Counted from the stretch's first letter, positions 48,431 through 57,068 are shown. The stretch is 64,000 bases of DNA from Flavobacteriales bacterium (GCA_016788295.1 JAEUSY010000049.1:44010-108009); one strand, 5' to 3'. Program-made: numbers and translations. Notes: generated by a model from the sequence alone, not told the origin.

Positions 48431-48473
48431 GGAGGCCCTGGTTCGGAGTTACCCAGGGCCTCCGCCTTTTTTT
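48431..48473 (+). terminator. Intrinsic terminator of bcp-recA
   Basis: GGAGGCCCTGG...CCAGGGCCTCC 11-bp stem followed by GCCTTTTTTT. Confidence 0.8.
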
Positions 48474-48475
48474 AC

Positions 48476-49513
48476 ATGATCCTGAAGAACCTATCGATCT
48501 CCCTTTGCGCTGTGTTGATCGGCGTGGCCTGCAACACCGGTGCCCCTGCCGATGATGCGCAACAGGTGTCCGATCCCGTGCAGGCCGCCATCATCGCGCT
48601 TGAGAAGAAGATCCTGGCCGACCCGAAGAACGCCGAGCTCTATGCCGAACGCGCCAAACTGAATGAGCACCGAGACAGTGTTGAATTGGCCGAAAAGGAC
48701 TGGCAGCGTGCCATTGCAGTGGCGCCTTCGAACCCACGCTGGCACATCGGGCTGGGCGATCTGTACTACCGCAAGATCCGCGTGGATGAGGCCGATGCCC
48801 AGTTCCGCGAGGCCATTGCCGTGGATGCCACCAATGTGGAAGCCCGTTTGAAACGTAGCGAGATCATGCTGCTGCAGCGCAAATACACCGATGCCATGGC
48901 CATGGCCAATGAGGCCCTGCGGCTCGACATGCAGAACCCTCGCGGGTACTTCCTGAAAGGCTGGATCCACATGGAAGCGGGCGATACGGCCTTGGCGATC
49001 AGCAGCTACCGTACGGCCATAGAACAGGACCCTGCGCAGTACGAAGCCTTCATTGCACTCGGCCTTCTGCACGCCGCCAAGCGCGACCCACTGGCGCTGG
49101 AGTATTACAACAGCGCGATCGACCTGAAGCCGAAAAGCGTGGAGGCCTGGTATAACAAAGGCATGTATGCGCAGGAGAACGGGCAGGACAGTCTCGCGAT
49201 GGACTGCTACGCGCACATCAAGGAGATCGACCCGCGCAACGCCACGGCTTGGTATAACACGGGTTATATCCTGCTCGAGCACCAGGGCCGCTATGCCGAT
49301 GCCCGGGAGCAGTTCAGCAAGGCGATCCAGCTGATGCCCACCTATGTGCAGGCCTATTACAACCGCGGATTGTGCTACGAACGCGAGCAACGATTGGACA
49401 GTGCGCTCATCGATTACCAGCGTGCCATCGCACTCGCTCCGGACATGACGCTTGCTGCCGAGGGCTTGGGTCGACTACAGGATAAAGGCCTGAAAGTACT
49501 TCGTCCTCAGTGA
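48476..49513 (+). CDS. TPR-repeat lipoprotein
   Basis: Lipobox GVAC and about 8 TPR motifs (AWYNKG, AYYNRG). Confidence 0.88.
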   Translation: MILKNLSISLCAVLIGVACNTGAPADDAQQVSDPVQAAIIALEKKILADPKNAELYAERAKLNEHRDSVELAEKDWQRAIAVAPSNPRWHIGLGDLYYRKIRVDEADAQFREAIAVDATNVEARLKRSEIMLLQRKYTDAMAMANEALRLDMQNPRGYFLKGWIHMEAGDTALAISSYRTAIEQDPAQYEAFIALGLLHAAKRDPLALEYYNSAIDLKPKSVEAWYNKGMYAQENGQDSLAMDCYAHIKEIDPRNATAWYNTGYILLEHQGRYADAREQFSKAIQLMPTYVQAYYNRGLCYEREQRLDSALIDYQRAIALAPDMTLAAEGLGRLQDKGLKVLRPQ

Positions 49514-49908
49514 GCCCGAACAGTGCGCTGATCGGAAGGGCTCCAGTACATGCTGCTCCGGCCCAGGACCACGAACCTGCGGATCAAAAAACCGTCCGTC
49601 GTTCGTACCCGAATGGTCCAAGTACCCGGCCGTAGACGGTTCAGGTCCAGTCGGTCAAGCTTGTCGCTATCCAGTTCACGCACCACCTTGCCACGGGCGT
49701 TCAGCACGTCCACGCCCAAGGTGCCTGCAGGCAGCGTCAGTTCAACCACGCCCGGGACCGATGTCGGTACCAGTTGGATGGAGGCCACATCAGCGGTACG
49801 CGCTGTTCGTTTGGTCCCTGCCATGGCCAGATCACCGTATTGCGCCACAGCCGAGCTCAGCGAAAAGACCATGAACAGACCAACAACAAGATCGCGCGCT
49901 TGGAACAT
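49507..49908 (-). CDS. Small secreted protein consisting mainly of a T9SS CTD-like domain
   Basis: Signal peptide (AVA/Q), then QLVPTSVPG...DVLNARGKVV...LNRLRPGTWTIRV...RRFVV. Confidence 0.65.
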   Translation of the reverse strand: MFQARDLVVGLFMVFSLSSAVAQYGDLAMAGTKRTARTADVASIQLVPTSVPGVVELTLPAGTLGVDVLNARGKVVRELDSDKLDRLDLNRLRPGTWTIRVRTTDGFLIRRFVVLGRSSMYWSPSDQRTVRAH

Positions 49909-49995
49909 GGACCCTCATACGCAGTGGTTCCAAATGGGGTTCCGAAGGGTGCGGAAATTAGGAACGCAAGCAGGTCGTAGTACGGACCTCGGAGG

Positions 49996-50072
49996 TGGTG
50001 GAGCTGAAGGGAGTCGAACCCTCGACCTCGTCATTGCGAACGACGCGCTCTGGCCAGCTGAGCTACAGCCCC
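49996..50072 (-). tRNA. tRNA-Ala(CGC), CCA encoded
   Basis: Reverse complement GGGGCTGTAGCTCAGCTGGCCAGAGCGCGTCGTTCGCAATGACGAGGTCGAGGGTTCGACTCCCTTCAGCTCCACCA, with G3:U70 alanine identity pair. Confidence 0.97.
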
Positions 50073-50142
50073 GGGGGATGCGAAATTGGGGAAATTCCAT
50101 CCATGCCTGTTCGACCCGAACTTGATCGGCGATCTTTGGAGC

Positions 50143-50817
50143 ATGAGCACGGACCAGATCAACATCCAGGACCCCGAGATAGCGGAAGCACTTAGGACCA
50201 CCTTCAGGGACATCTACGAGCCGGAAGCGCAGGCCGCAGTACTTGCAGTGTCCAAGGTGGTCAAGCTGAAAGCGGGAGAGGCGTGGATGGACATCGGCGC
50301 TTACATCAAGGCCATACCATTGGTGTTGGAAGGTCAATTGAAGCTGTTGCGCGAAGGTCCCGATGGCGATGAGATGCTCCTTTACTTCGTTGGCCCCGGC
50401 GAAACATGCGCCATGAGCCTTACGTGTTGCAGCGGGGACGCACGCAGCACGATCAAAGTGGTGGCCGAGGAGGACACCACCTTGCTGGCCGTGCCCGTTC
50501 GCTACATGGACCAATGGACCGAGCAGTTCCGTTCTTGGAAAAGCTTCGTGATGTTGACCTACCAGCGCCGCTTCGACGAACTGTTGCGCACCATTGATGG
50601 CATCGCCTTCCAGAACCTCGATGCGCGCATCCTCGATCTGTTGCGCGAGCGGTCGCGTCTCACCGGTACCAACGTGATCACAACCACCCACCAGGAGATC
50701 GCCCAGGAACTGCACTCGTCCCGCGAGGTGATCTCCCGGCTCCTGAAACGCATGGAGCGGGGTGGTATGGTGAAGCTCGGCAGGCAGCGGGTGGAACTGG
50801 TGAAGACCGGCGCCTGA
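50143..50817 (+). CDS. Crp/Fnr family transcriptional regulator
   Basis: cNMP-like domain (LYFVGPGETCAMSLTCC) and C-terminal HTH THQEIAQELHSSREVISRLLK. Start moved to MSTDQI. Confidence 0.92.
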   Translation: MSTDQINIQDPEIAEALRTTFRDIYEPEAQAAVLAVSKVVKLKAGEAWMDIGAYIKAIPLVLEGQLKLLREGPDGDEMLLYFVGPGETCAMSLTCCSGDARSTIKVVAEEDTTLLAVPVRYMDQWTEQFRSWKSFVMLTYQRRFDELLRTIDGIAFQNLDARILDLLRERSRLTGTNVITTTHQEIAQELHSSREVISRLLKRMERGGMVKLGRQRVELVKTGA

Positions 50818-50825
50818 GCGGTCCA

Positions 50826-50841
50826 TGTGACTGCGATCACT
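50826..50841. promoter_or_regulatory. CRP/FNR-type operator upstream of the rhodanese operon
   Basis: TGTGA-CTGCGA-TCACT, one mismatch to TGTGA-N6-TCACA; -7 motif GACCTTTG at 50864-50871. Confidence 0.72.
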
Positions 50842-50893
50842 GAACTCGCTGCTCCGCTGGGCGGACCTTTGTGCCAGAAAAACAACCACTCAC

Positions 50894-51175
50894 ATGGATC
50901 TGAGAACACTAGTAAGCACGCCCGGAGCAACCATCGTTGATGTCCGCAGCCCGATGGAATTCATGGGAGGGCATGTGGCCAACTCGATCAACATACCGCT
51001 GAACGAGATCCCTGCACGTATCGATGAGCTCCGTGGTTTCTCTGCACCCTTGATCCTTTGCTGTGCCAGTGGCAACCGCAGTGGACAGGCCGCCTATTTC
51101 CTGGAACAACATGGCTTCGACCAGGTCTACAACGGCGGTGGCTGGATGCAGGTGAACGCCGCGACCGCCAAGTAG
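50894..51175 (+). CDS. Single-domain rhodanese (sulfurtransferase)
   Basis: IVDVRSPMEF..GHV..SINIP, active loop CASGNRS, NGGGW. Confidence 0.92.
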   Translation: MDLRTLVSTPGATIVDVRSPMEFMGGHVANSINIPLNEIPARIDELRGFSAPLILCCASGNRSGQAAYFLEQHGFDQVYNGGGWMQVNAATAK

Positions 51176-51205
51176 GACGGATCCGACCTGATAACGAATC
51201 GCACC

Positions 51206-51637
51206 ATGCAACAACGACACTTCTTCTCCGCATTCGTACTGGGTATCCTTACCCTTACCGCGTGCTCCCAGGCCAACACGGACCAGCCCGCCAACGCAGG
51301 CACCGAACAAGCCACCCAAAAGACCACGGTGAACCTCACCCCACAGGCTTTCAAACAGGCGGTGGACAGGCAGGAAGCCCTGTTGGTGGATGTGCGCACT
51401 CCGGCCGAATATGCCAGTGGCCATCTGGCAGGCAGCATCAACGTGGACTGGACCGCCAGCGGCTACGAGGCCGAGTTTGCCAAGCTGCCCAAGGACAAGC
51501 CCTTGCTGCTTTACTGTCGTTCCGGTGGTCGTAGTGGTCAGGCCTTGGAATACCTGCAGGCCAAAGGCTACCGGGTACAGCACATGGAAGGCGGCATCGG
51601 CGCATGGATGAACGCCGGATTACCGGTCACCAAATAA
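51206..51637 (+). CDS. Rhodanese-like lipoprotein
   Basis: Lipobox LTAC, DVRTPAEYASGHLAGSIN, YCRSGGRS, MEGGIGAW. Confidence 0.92.
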   Translation: MQQRHFFSAFVLGILTLTACSQANTDQPANAGTEQATQKTTVNLTPQAFKQAVDRQEALLVDVRTPAEYASGHLAGSINVDWTASGYEAEFAKLPKDKPLLLYCRSGGRSGQALEYLQAKGYRVQHMEGGIGAWMNAGLPVTK

Positions 51638-51644
51638 CACGCAC

Positions 51645-51947
51645 ATGAGCACGAGCTTTCAGGAACTGATCAATGGCGACAAGCCGGTCCTGGTCGACTT
51701 CTACGCCGACTGGTGCGGTCCCTGCCGTTACCAATCACCCATCATTGCCCAAGTGGCCGAACAAGTGGGGGAGATGGCCCGCGTGATCAAGGTGGATGTG
51801 GACCGCAACCCGTCCGCCGCCCAACAATTCGGCATCCGTGGCATTCCTGCCCTGCTGATCTTCCGCCATGGCAAGGTGGTCTGGCGCGCCAGTGGCGTGC
51901 GACAAGCAAATGAGCTGATCCAGCAGCTACGAACGGCAGCCGCTTAA
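51645..51947 (+). CDS. trxA: Thioredoxin
   Basis: VDFYADWCGPC...IRGIP. Confidence 0.93.
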   Translation: MSTSFQELINGDKPVLVDFYADWCGPCRYQSPIIAQVAEQVGEMARVIKVDVDRNPSAAQQFGIRGIPALLIFRHGKVVWRASGVRQANELIQQLRTAAA

Positions 51948-51965
51948 GCAAAGCAGGTTGATATT

Positions 51966-51999
51966 GCAGAAGCCCCGACCATCAGGCCGGGGCTTCTGC
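51966..51999. terminator. Hairpin terminator between convergent genes
   Basis: GCAGAAGCCCCG...CGGGGCTTCTGC 12-bp stem. Confidence 0.75.
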
Positions 52000-52018
52000 G
52001 TTCTTGGTCGATCGGGGA

Positions 52019-52615
52019 TCAGTCGTCGTTACCGATGTTCAGACCGATCGTAAGGCCGTACGTGATGTAGCGGCTATCGATCTCGCTTAAAATGATCACG
52101 TCCTCGTTGAAAACCCTGCTCAGGCCGAAGCTTACGCTGGGCTCCAGGGTGAACAGGCCCATATCGAAGCCCAAGGCCGCATCAATGTTGAACGAACCCG
52201 AGTTGAAGTCGTCCTTGCCGAAGCTGAGGTCGCCATCATTCACGCTCATCACCACATCGTAGGTGGGTCCGATGGCGAACCGCATATCGAACTGGTAGCT
52301 GTCGATGATGCGGTAACCGGCCATGGCCTTCAGGCGGAAATTGGTGCGTGCAACACCGTCCTCGAACGTGATCGAGTCACCGGTGCTCAGGATCGTCTTG
52401 TTCCGACCGATGAACGCACCGGGCTGGAAGTAGAACCTGTCTCCAATGCGCAGGTCGGCACCCAACTGCCAACCAGCAGCGCCCTGGTACTTGATGCCCT
52501 CGGGCGGCGAGGTCATGTTCTGGTAGGTAAGACCGATCTGGGGGTTCACCTGGAATTGGGCACTGGCGGTGCTCAGCACGGTACCGAGTGCAACAAGGGA
52601 AAGCAGCTTCTTCAT
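52019..52615 (-). CDS. PorT-like / OMP beta-barrel domain protein
   Basis: Signal peptide, about 8 amphipathic strands, YFQPG, YGLTIGLN. Confidence 0.78.
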   Translation of the reverse strand: MKKLLSLVALGTVLSTASAQFQVNPQIGLTYQNMTSPPEGIKYQGAAGWQLGADLRIGDRFYFQPGAFIGRNKTILSTGDSITFEDGVARTNFRLKAMAGYRIIDSYQFDMRFAIGPTYDVVMSVNDGDLSFGKDDFNSGSFNIDAALGFDMGLFTLEPSVSFGLSRVFNEDVIILSEIDSRYITYGLTIGLNIGNDD

Positions 52616-52737
52616 GGTTCAGTCCTTGGTTTCGGACCAAAGAAAGCCAAATGCCGTGCCAGATCAATTTTCATCCTTCCTTGCATTCAACCCAAGTTGC
52701 CTACTTTCAGGCCTCGCATCAACGCTCCCCTTAGCCC

Positions 52738-53961
52738 ATGAAACCACGCTACGCCGGTCTTCTCCTGTTCGCATCGCTCACCATCCGGTCCGCTACGGCA
52801 CAGGACTGTGGCAACGGACGCTACACCACCGAGTTATTCTCCGGAGTTACCGTTACCACGGGAGTGGCCTATGGCAGCAACACGGGTGTATCGGGTGGCA
52901 CACAGACCTTGTACATGGATGTGTATGAACCTACCGGAGATACACAACAAGATCGGCCTGTGGTATTGGCCGCGTTCGGGGGCTCGTTCGTAACGGGATC
53001 ACGTGCTGATATGGCCGACTTCTGCACGGCGCTGGCCAAACGCGGTTACGTGGCCATAGCCCCCGACTACCGCATCGGTTTTTTCCTGCCCAACCAACTG
53101 AGCACCACGCAGGCGGTAATGCGTGGAGCGCACGACATGAAAGCGTGCATCCGTTATCTGCGGAAGTCGGTGGCCGAGCTGGGCGATCCCTATCGTATCG
53201 ATGTGGACCGCATCATAGCAGGTGGTGTTTCCGCCGGGGCCATCAGCGCACTTCATGCCACCTACCTCAATGAAGATGAAGAGATCCCTCAGATACTAGC
53301 TTCACAGAGCGTGGCCTTGGGCGGTGCAGAGGGCACAAGTGGCAATGCCGGATACTCCAGCGAGGTGCTGGCCTGCTACAGCCTTAGCGGTGCCATCGGC
53401 GATACGGCCTGGGTGGTGGCCAATGACAAGCCGTTGTGCAGTGTGCATGAAGTAGGTGATGCCGTAGTGCCATGCTACACCCAGGAGGTCTCGGTGATCG
53501 GCATCCCCACAGGGCTGGTCGCCTCGGGCAGCAACGACATCCACATCCGGCTGCAGAATCTGGACATTCCCAACTGCTTCCTGCGCTATGCCGGCAACGG
53601 GCACGTGGGCTACCTGAGCTCGGACCCCATTGCATCGCTCGGATTCGTGTTCGACTTCCTCGCCGACAAGGTCTGCTCCGGCGACCTTGATTGCGGCACA
53701 GTGATCGCCTCAACGAACGAGATCAGCGCCATGGAACGGCTTCCCATTGCACCCAACCCGACAACGGGTGTTGTTCGTGTGGAGATCGAAGCACCGGCTT
53801 TCGTGCGGGTATTCGATGCCAGTGGCCGCGAGGTGATGGGCCAACAGGCGAACACCGGAACGCTCACCATGGACCTCACGGACCTGCAGGATGGCGTATA
53901 CACGGTGCGCGTTGAAGGTGCCCGCATGCAAGTTGCCCAAGTGGTGAAAGCAGCCTGGTGA
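52738..53961 (+). CDS. T9SS-secreted alpha/beta hydrolase (esterase/lipase)
   Basis: GGSF oxyanion motif, APDYR, GGVSAG nucleophile elbow, D...H triad, C-terminal PNPTTG...FDASGR...GVY.V CTD. Confidence 0.88.
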   Translation: MKPRYAGLLLFASLTIRSATAQDCGNGRYTTELFSGVTVTTGVAYGSNTGVSGGTQTLYMDVYEPTGDTQQDRPVVLAAFGGSFVTGSRADMADFCTALAKRGYVAIAPDYRIGFFLPNQLSTTQAVMRGAHDMKACIRYLRKSVAELGDPYRIDVDRIIAGGVSAGAISALHATYLNEDEEIPQILASQSVALGGAEGTSGNAGYSSEVLACYSLSGAIGDTAWVVANDKPLCSVHEVGDAVVPCYTQEVSVIGIPTGLVASGSNDIHIRLQNLDIPNCFLRYAGNGHVGYLSSDPIASLGFVFDFLADKVCSGDLDCGTVIASTNEISAMERLPIAPNPTTGVVRVEIEAPAFVRVFDASGREVMGQQANTGTLTMDLTDLQDGVYTVRVEGARMQVAQVVKAAW

Positions 53962-53985
53962 TAAAAGCAGCTCACCGCAGGGCAC

Positions 53986-55221
53986 ATGAAGGTGGTGGTG
54001 ATCGGTGGTGGTGCGGCGGGCTTTTTCGCGGCCATTCAGGCGAATCAGGCTGCCCCACTTGCCGATGTCGTCATACTGGAGCGGAGCGATAAGCTGCTGA
54101 GCAAGGTGCGCATCAGCGGTGGCGGAAGGTGCAATGTCACGCACCACTGCTTTGTACCGCGCCAACTAGCAGCCCAATACCCGCGTGGCGAGCGCTTCCT
54201 ACGCAAGGCTTTCACCCGGTTCGGGGCGTCGGATACCGTGGCCTGGTTCGCTGCACGTGGGGTGCAACTGAAGACCGAGGCCGATGGACGCATGTTCCCG
54301 GTCACCGACTCGTCGTCCACGGTCATCGACTGCTTCTTGGAGGCAACACGTACGCTTGGTATATCGATACGAATGCGCACGGATGTCGCCAGCATTGCAC
54401 ACAGCAAGGCTGAACAGTTCCTCCTAAAGCTGGATAATGGCGAACACCTGCGCGCGGACAAGGTCATCGTCACCATTGGTGGGCAGCCCAAGGCCGATGG
54501 CTATTCGTTGCTGAGCGCTACCGGTCACACCATTGTTGCACCGGCGCCATCACTGTTCACTTTCAACATGCCCGACGAACCGGTGCGCGAACTGATGGGC
54601 GTTACCGTGCCCAGTGTGCGGGCCATGATCGCGGGCACCGACCTGGAAAGCACCGGACCGCTGCTGATCACGCATTGGGGCATGAGCGGCCCGGCCATCC
54701 TGCGCCTGAGCGCGTGGGGTGCACGTGTCGTGAAGGCCATGGGCTACCAGTTCACCTTGCGCGTCGATTGGTCGAACGGGGCAGGAGAGGGAGGGGTGCG
54801 TAACGTGCTTGACGAGCAACGTTCGGAACATCCGCGCAAACGCATGGGCACCGACCCTGTTCTGGGCCTGCCCAGACGCCTCTGGGACCACCTCTTGAAC
54901 AAGGCCGAGATCCCATCGGATAAGCCCTGGTCAGAACTTGGCAGCAGGCAGGGAAATCGGTTGACCGACCTGCTCACGAACGACCGCTATGCCGTGCGTG
55001 GCAAGACAACCTTCAAGGAGGAATTCGTGACGGCAGGCGGGGTATCACTGGACGAGGTGGACCCCAACACAATGGAAAGCCGCAAGGTGCCCGGGCTCTA
55101 TTTCGCCGGCGAGGTGCTGGACATTGATGGCATCACCGGCGGATTCAACTTCCAGGCGGCCTGGACCACTGGTTTCCTGGCAGGCAGCGCCGTCGTGCTC
55201 AACGCACCACGCGAAACGTAG
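53986..55221 (+). CDS. HI0933/BaiN/YhiN family flavoprotein
   Basis: IGGGAAG, KVRISGGGRCNVT, GRMFP, LITHWGMSGP, FVTAGGV, GEVLDIDGITGGFNFQAAW. Confidence 0.93.
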   Translation: MKVVVIGGGAAGFFAAIQANQAAPLADVVILERSDKLLSKVRISGGGRCNVTHHCFVPRQLAAQYPRGERFLRKAFTRFGASDTVAWFAARGVQLKTEADGRMFPVTDSSSTVIDCFLEATRTLGISIRMRTDVASIAHSKAEQFLLKLDNGEHLRADKVIVTIGGQPKADGYSLLSATGHTIVAPAPSLFTFNMPDEPVRELMGVTVPSVRAMIAGTDLESTGPLLITHWGMSGPAILRLSAWGARVVKAMGYQFTLRVDWSNGAGEGGVRNVLDEQRSEHPRKRMGTDPVLGLPRRLWDHLLNKAEIPSDKPWSELGSRQGNRLTDLLTNDRYAVRGKTTFKEEFVTAGGVSLDEVDPNTMESRKVPGLYFAGEVLDIDGITGGFNFQAAWTTGFLAGSAVVLNAPRET

Positions 55222-56227
55222 AGCGCTCTGCACCGCGCTCCACCGTGATCAGGTAGGCGCCCTCACCAAGCGGTAGCGGCACTTCGGTGGCATCTGGGCC
55301 CACCGTTATCTGTTGCAGCGTACGCCCTGCCAGATCACGCACCACAATGTTCGCGGTTCCCGTGCTCTGCGAACGCATATGGAGGATGTCGGCCGACCAC
55401 CAGTTCCGTTCAGTTGTGCGCACATGGTCGATCACATTGGCCGTAGGCCCCCAAATGGACTGCACCCACTGCGGGTTGTCGATGTAGGGATTGCGATTGC
55501 CTTGTATGGCGAACACGGAATTGTTGCGGGCCACCTCCTTGGGGCTCACGGGGTCCTGCAAATGCCAATCGATCAGCATCGCCTCGGCCCATGGCAGGAA
55601 CTCGCCATTGGCCATCATGGGGCAGCTCCACGTGGTGAGGTTGGGCAGGTAGCGTGTAAGCATGTAGAAGTAGCCACGTGCCAGATCGCCCTTGTACGCA
55701 TCAATCGGCTCGAACACGGTGCCCGAACAACCGGGATAACTGCACGGCCCCAGTTTGCTGCCATTGTTACTGGTCCACGTTGGGGCCGTCACCTGCCCAT
55801 AGGGCCAGTTGGCGCGCTTCTGGTTCACCCAGGCATCCGTTGGGTAGAGGTGGAACAGTTCCGTGTTCATGGGCAGGGCCCCACTGAACCAGCTCTGCGG
55901 GAAGGAGTGCTCACGATTGAAGCAGTCGCCCTCGCTGTTGTAGGTGCCGCACTGGTCAGAAACGAACTGGAACGAGTAGGGGGGCGTACCTCCCGGAACG
56001 TCAGAGTACATGTCCCACACCGTACCATCCGGCTTACGGTCGGTCTCATAGAACGCTTCCCACAGCATGCTGTATGTGATCACGGTGTGGTCGTTGATGA
56101 TCTCGTACAGGGCTTGCCGCAATGCAGGACCGCTCAATCCTTGCGCTGGATCGTAATACCCGGCCGGCGGTTGGGCCTGGGCCGAGCCTACCAACATTAG
56201 GCAGGCGAACACCACACTTCTGTACAT
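55199..56227 (-). CDS. T9SS-secreted endonuclease I family nuclease (Bsn/YurI-like)
   Basis: NREHSFPQSWF, ELFHLYPTD, N.KR, KGDLARGYFY, QGNRNPYIDNP, C-terminal CTD-like RDLAGR...GAYL. Overlaps the convergent gene by 23 nt. Confidence 0.9.
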   Translation of the reverse strand: MYRSVVFACLMLVGSAQAQPPAGYYDPAQGLSGPALRQALYEIINDHTVITYSMLWEAFYETDRKPDGTVWDMYSDVPGGTPPYSFQFVSDQCGTYNSEGDCFNREHSFPQSWFSGALPMNTELFHLYPTDAWVNQKRANWPYGQVTAPTWTSNNGSKLGPCSYPGCSGTVFEPIDAYKGDLARGYFYMLTRYLPNLTTWSCPMMANGEFLPWAEAMLIDWHLQDPVSPKEVARNNSVFAIQGNRNPYIDNPQWVQSIWGPTANVIDHVRTTERNWWSADILHMRSQSTGTANIVVRDLAGRTLQQITVGPDATEVPLPLGEGAYLITVERGAERSTFRVVR

Positions 56228-56277
56228 GCCGCCAAATGTACACCGGGCCTCAACGCCCCAAGGAACGGCCCGGAACG

Positions 56278-56306
56278 AACAAGGGGACCTTGCGGGTCCC
56301 CTTGTT
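56278..56306 (-). terminator. Terminator of the thrS-infC-rpmI-rplT operon
   Basis: AACAAGGGGACC-TTGCG-GGTCCCCTTGTT 12-bp stem. Confidence 0.8.
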
Positions 56307-56326
56307 GAATGTGAGAGCGGTAACGC

Positions 56327-56671
56327 TTACTTCACCTTGTTCACGATGGCCGTGAAGGCGGTGGCATCGCTGTAGGCGATCTCGGCCAGTGCCTTGCGGT
56401 CCAGACCGATGTTGGCCTTCTTCAGACCGGCGATGAACACGCTGTAGCTCATGTCGTTCAGACGGCAGGCCGCGTTGATACGCTGGATCCACAGGCCGCG
56501 GAACTCGCGTTTCTTCAGCTTGCGACCGTCGTAGGCGTGCTGGAGGCCTTTCTCTACCGTGTTCTTGGCAACGGTGTAAACATTCTTGCGGCGACCGAAG
56601 TTGCCTTTCGCCATATCAAGGACCTTCTTACGCTTGGCCCTGCTGGCTACTTTATTCTTACTGCGTGGCAT
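56327..56671 (-). CDS. rplT: 50S ribosomal protein L20
   Basis: [18 protein letters not shown]...[12 protein letters not shown]...DRKALAE. Confidence 0.98.
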   Translation of the reverse strand: MPRSKNKVASRAKRKKVLDMAKGNFGRRKNVYTVAKNTVEKGLQHAYDGRKLKKREFRGLWIQRINAACRLNDMSYSVFIAGLKKANIGLDRKALAEIAYSDATAFTAIVNKVK

Positions 56672-56694
56672 GTTCCACTTGGTTTTTGGGCGTG

Positions 56695-56747
56695 AGCGTT
56701 CCGCCTTTCGACGAACTCTTTGGTGCTTGCACGTCCTGGTTAACGCT
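56695..56747 (-). ncRNA. Candidate structured cis-regulatory element in the rpmI-rplT spacer
   Basis: Minus strand: AGCGTT/AACGCT closing stem, GTGC-AA-GCAC hairpin and a TCGTC-GAAA-GGCGG GNRA hairpin whose G.U pairs form only on the sense strand. Confidence 0.4.
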
Positions 56748-56777
56748 ACCTATTGATACCCGGAGCGGTTGGGTTGT

Positions 56778-56969
56778 TTACTTCAGCAGATCAAGGATCG
56801 CCTTCTTGTCGCGGTCGTGGACCAGCGCCATTTTGGTGAGGGCGCGTTTACGCTTGGTCTCCTTCTTGGTGAGGATGTGGCGCTTGAACGCGTGCTTGCG
56901 CTTGATCTCGCCGGTGCCGGTCAGCTTGAACCGCTTCTTGGCTCCGGACTTGGTCTTCATTTTAGGCAT
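56778..56969 (-). CDS. rpmI: 50S ribosomal protein L35
   Basis: [20 protein letters not shown]...HILTKK. Start moved to MPK. Confidence 0.97.
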   Translation of the reverse strand: MPKMKTKSGAKKRFKLTGTGEIKRKHAFKRHILTKKETKRKRALTKMALVHDRDKKAILDLLK

Positions 56970-57048
56970 TGCTGTCGTCTTTGTCGTTGTCGTTGTCATT
57001 CCGGGCTTGCCCGGGATCGCCTTGTCTGTTCCTCTTCAAGATCCTGTT

Positions 57049-57068
57049 GGACGCGTCATGACGCGTCC
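57049..57068. repeat. 20-bp perfect palindrome immediately after the infC stop
   Basis: GGACGCGTCATGACGCGTCC. Confidence 0.9.
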
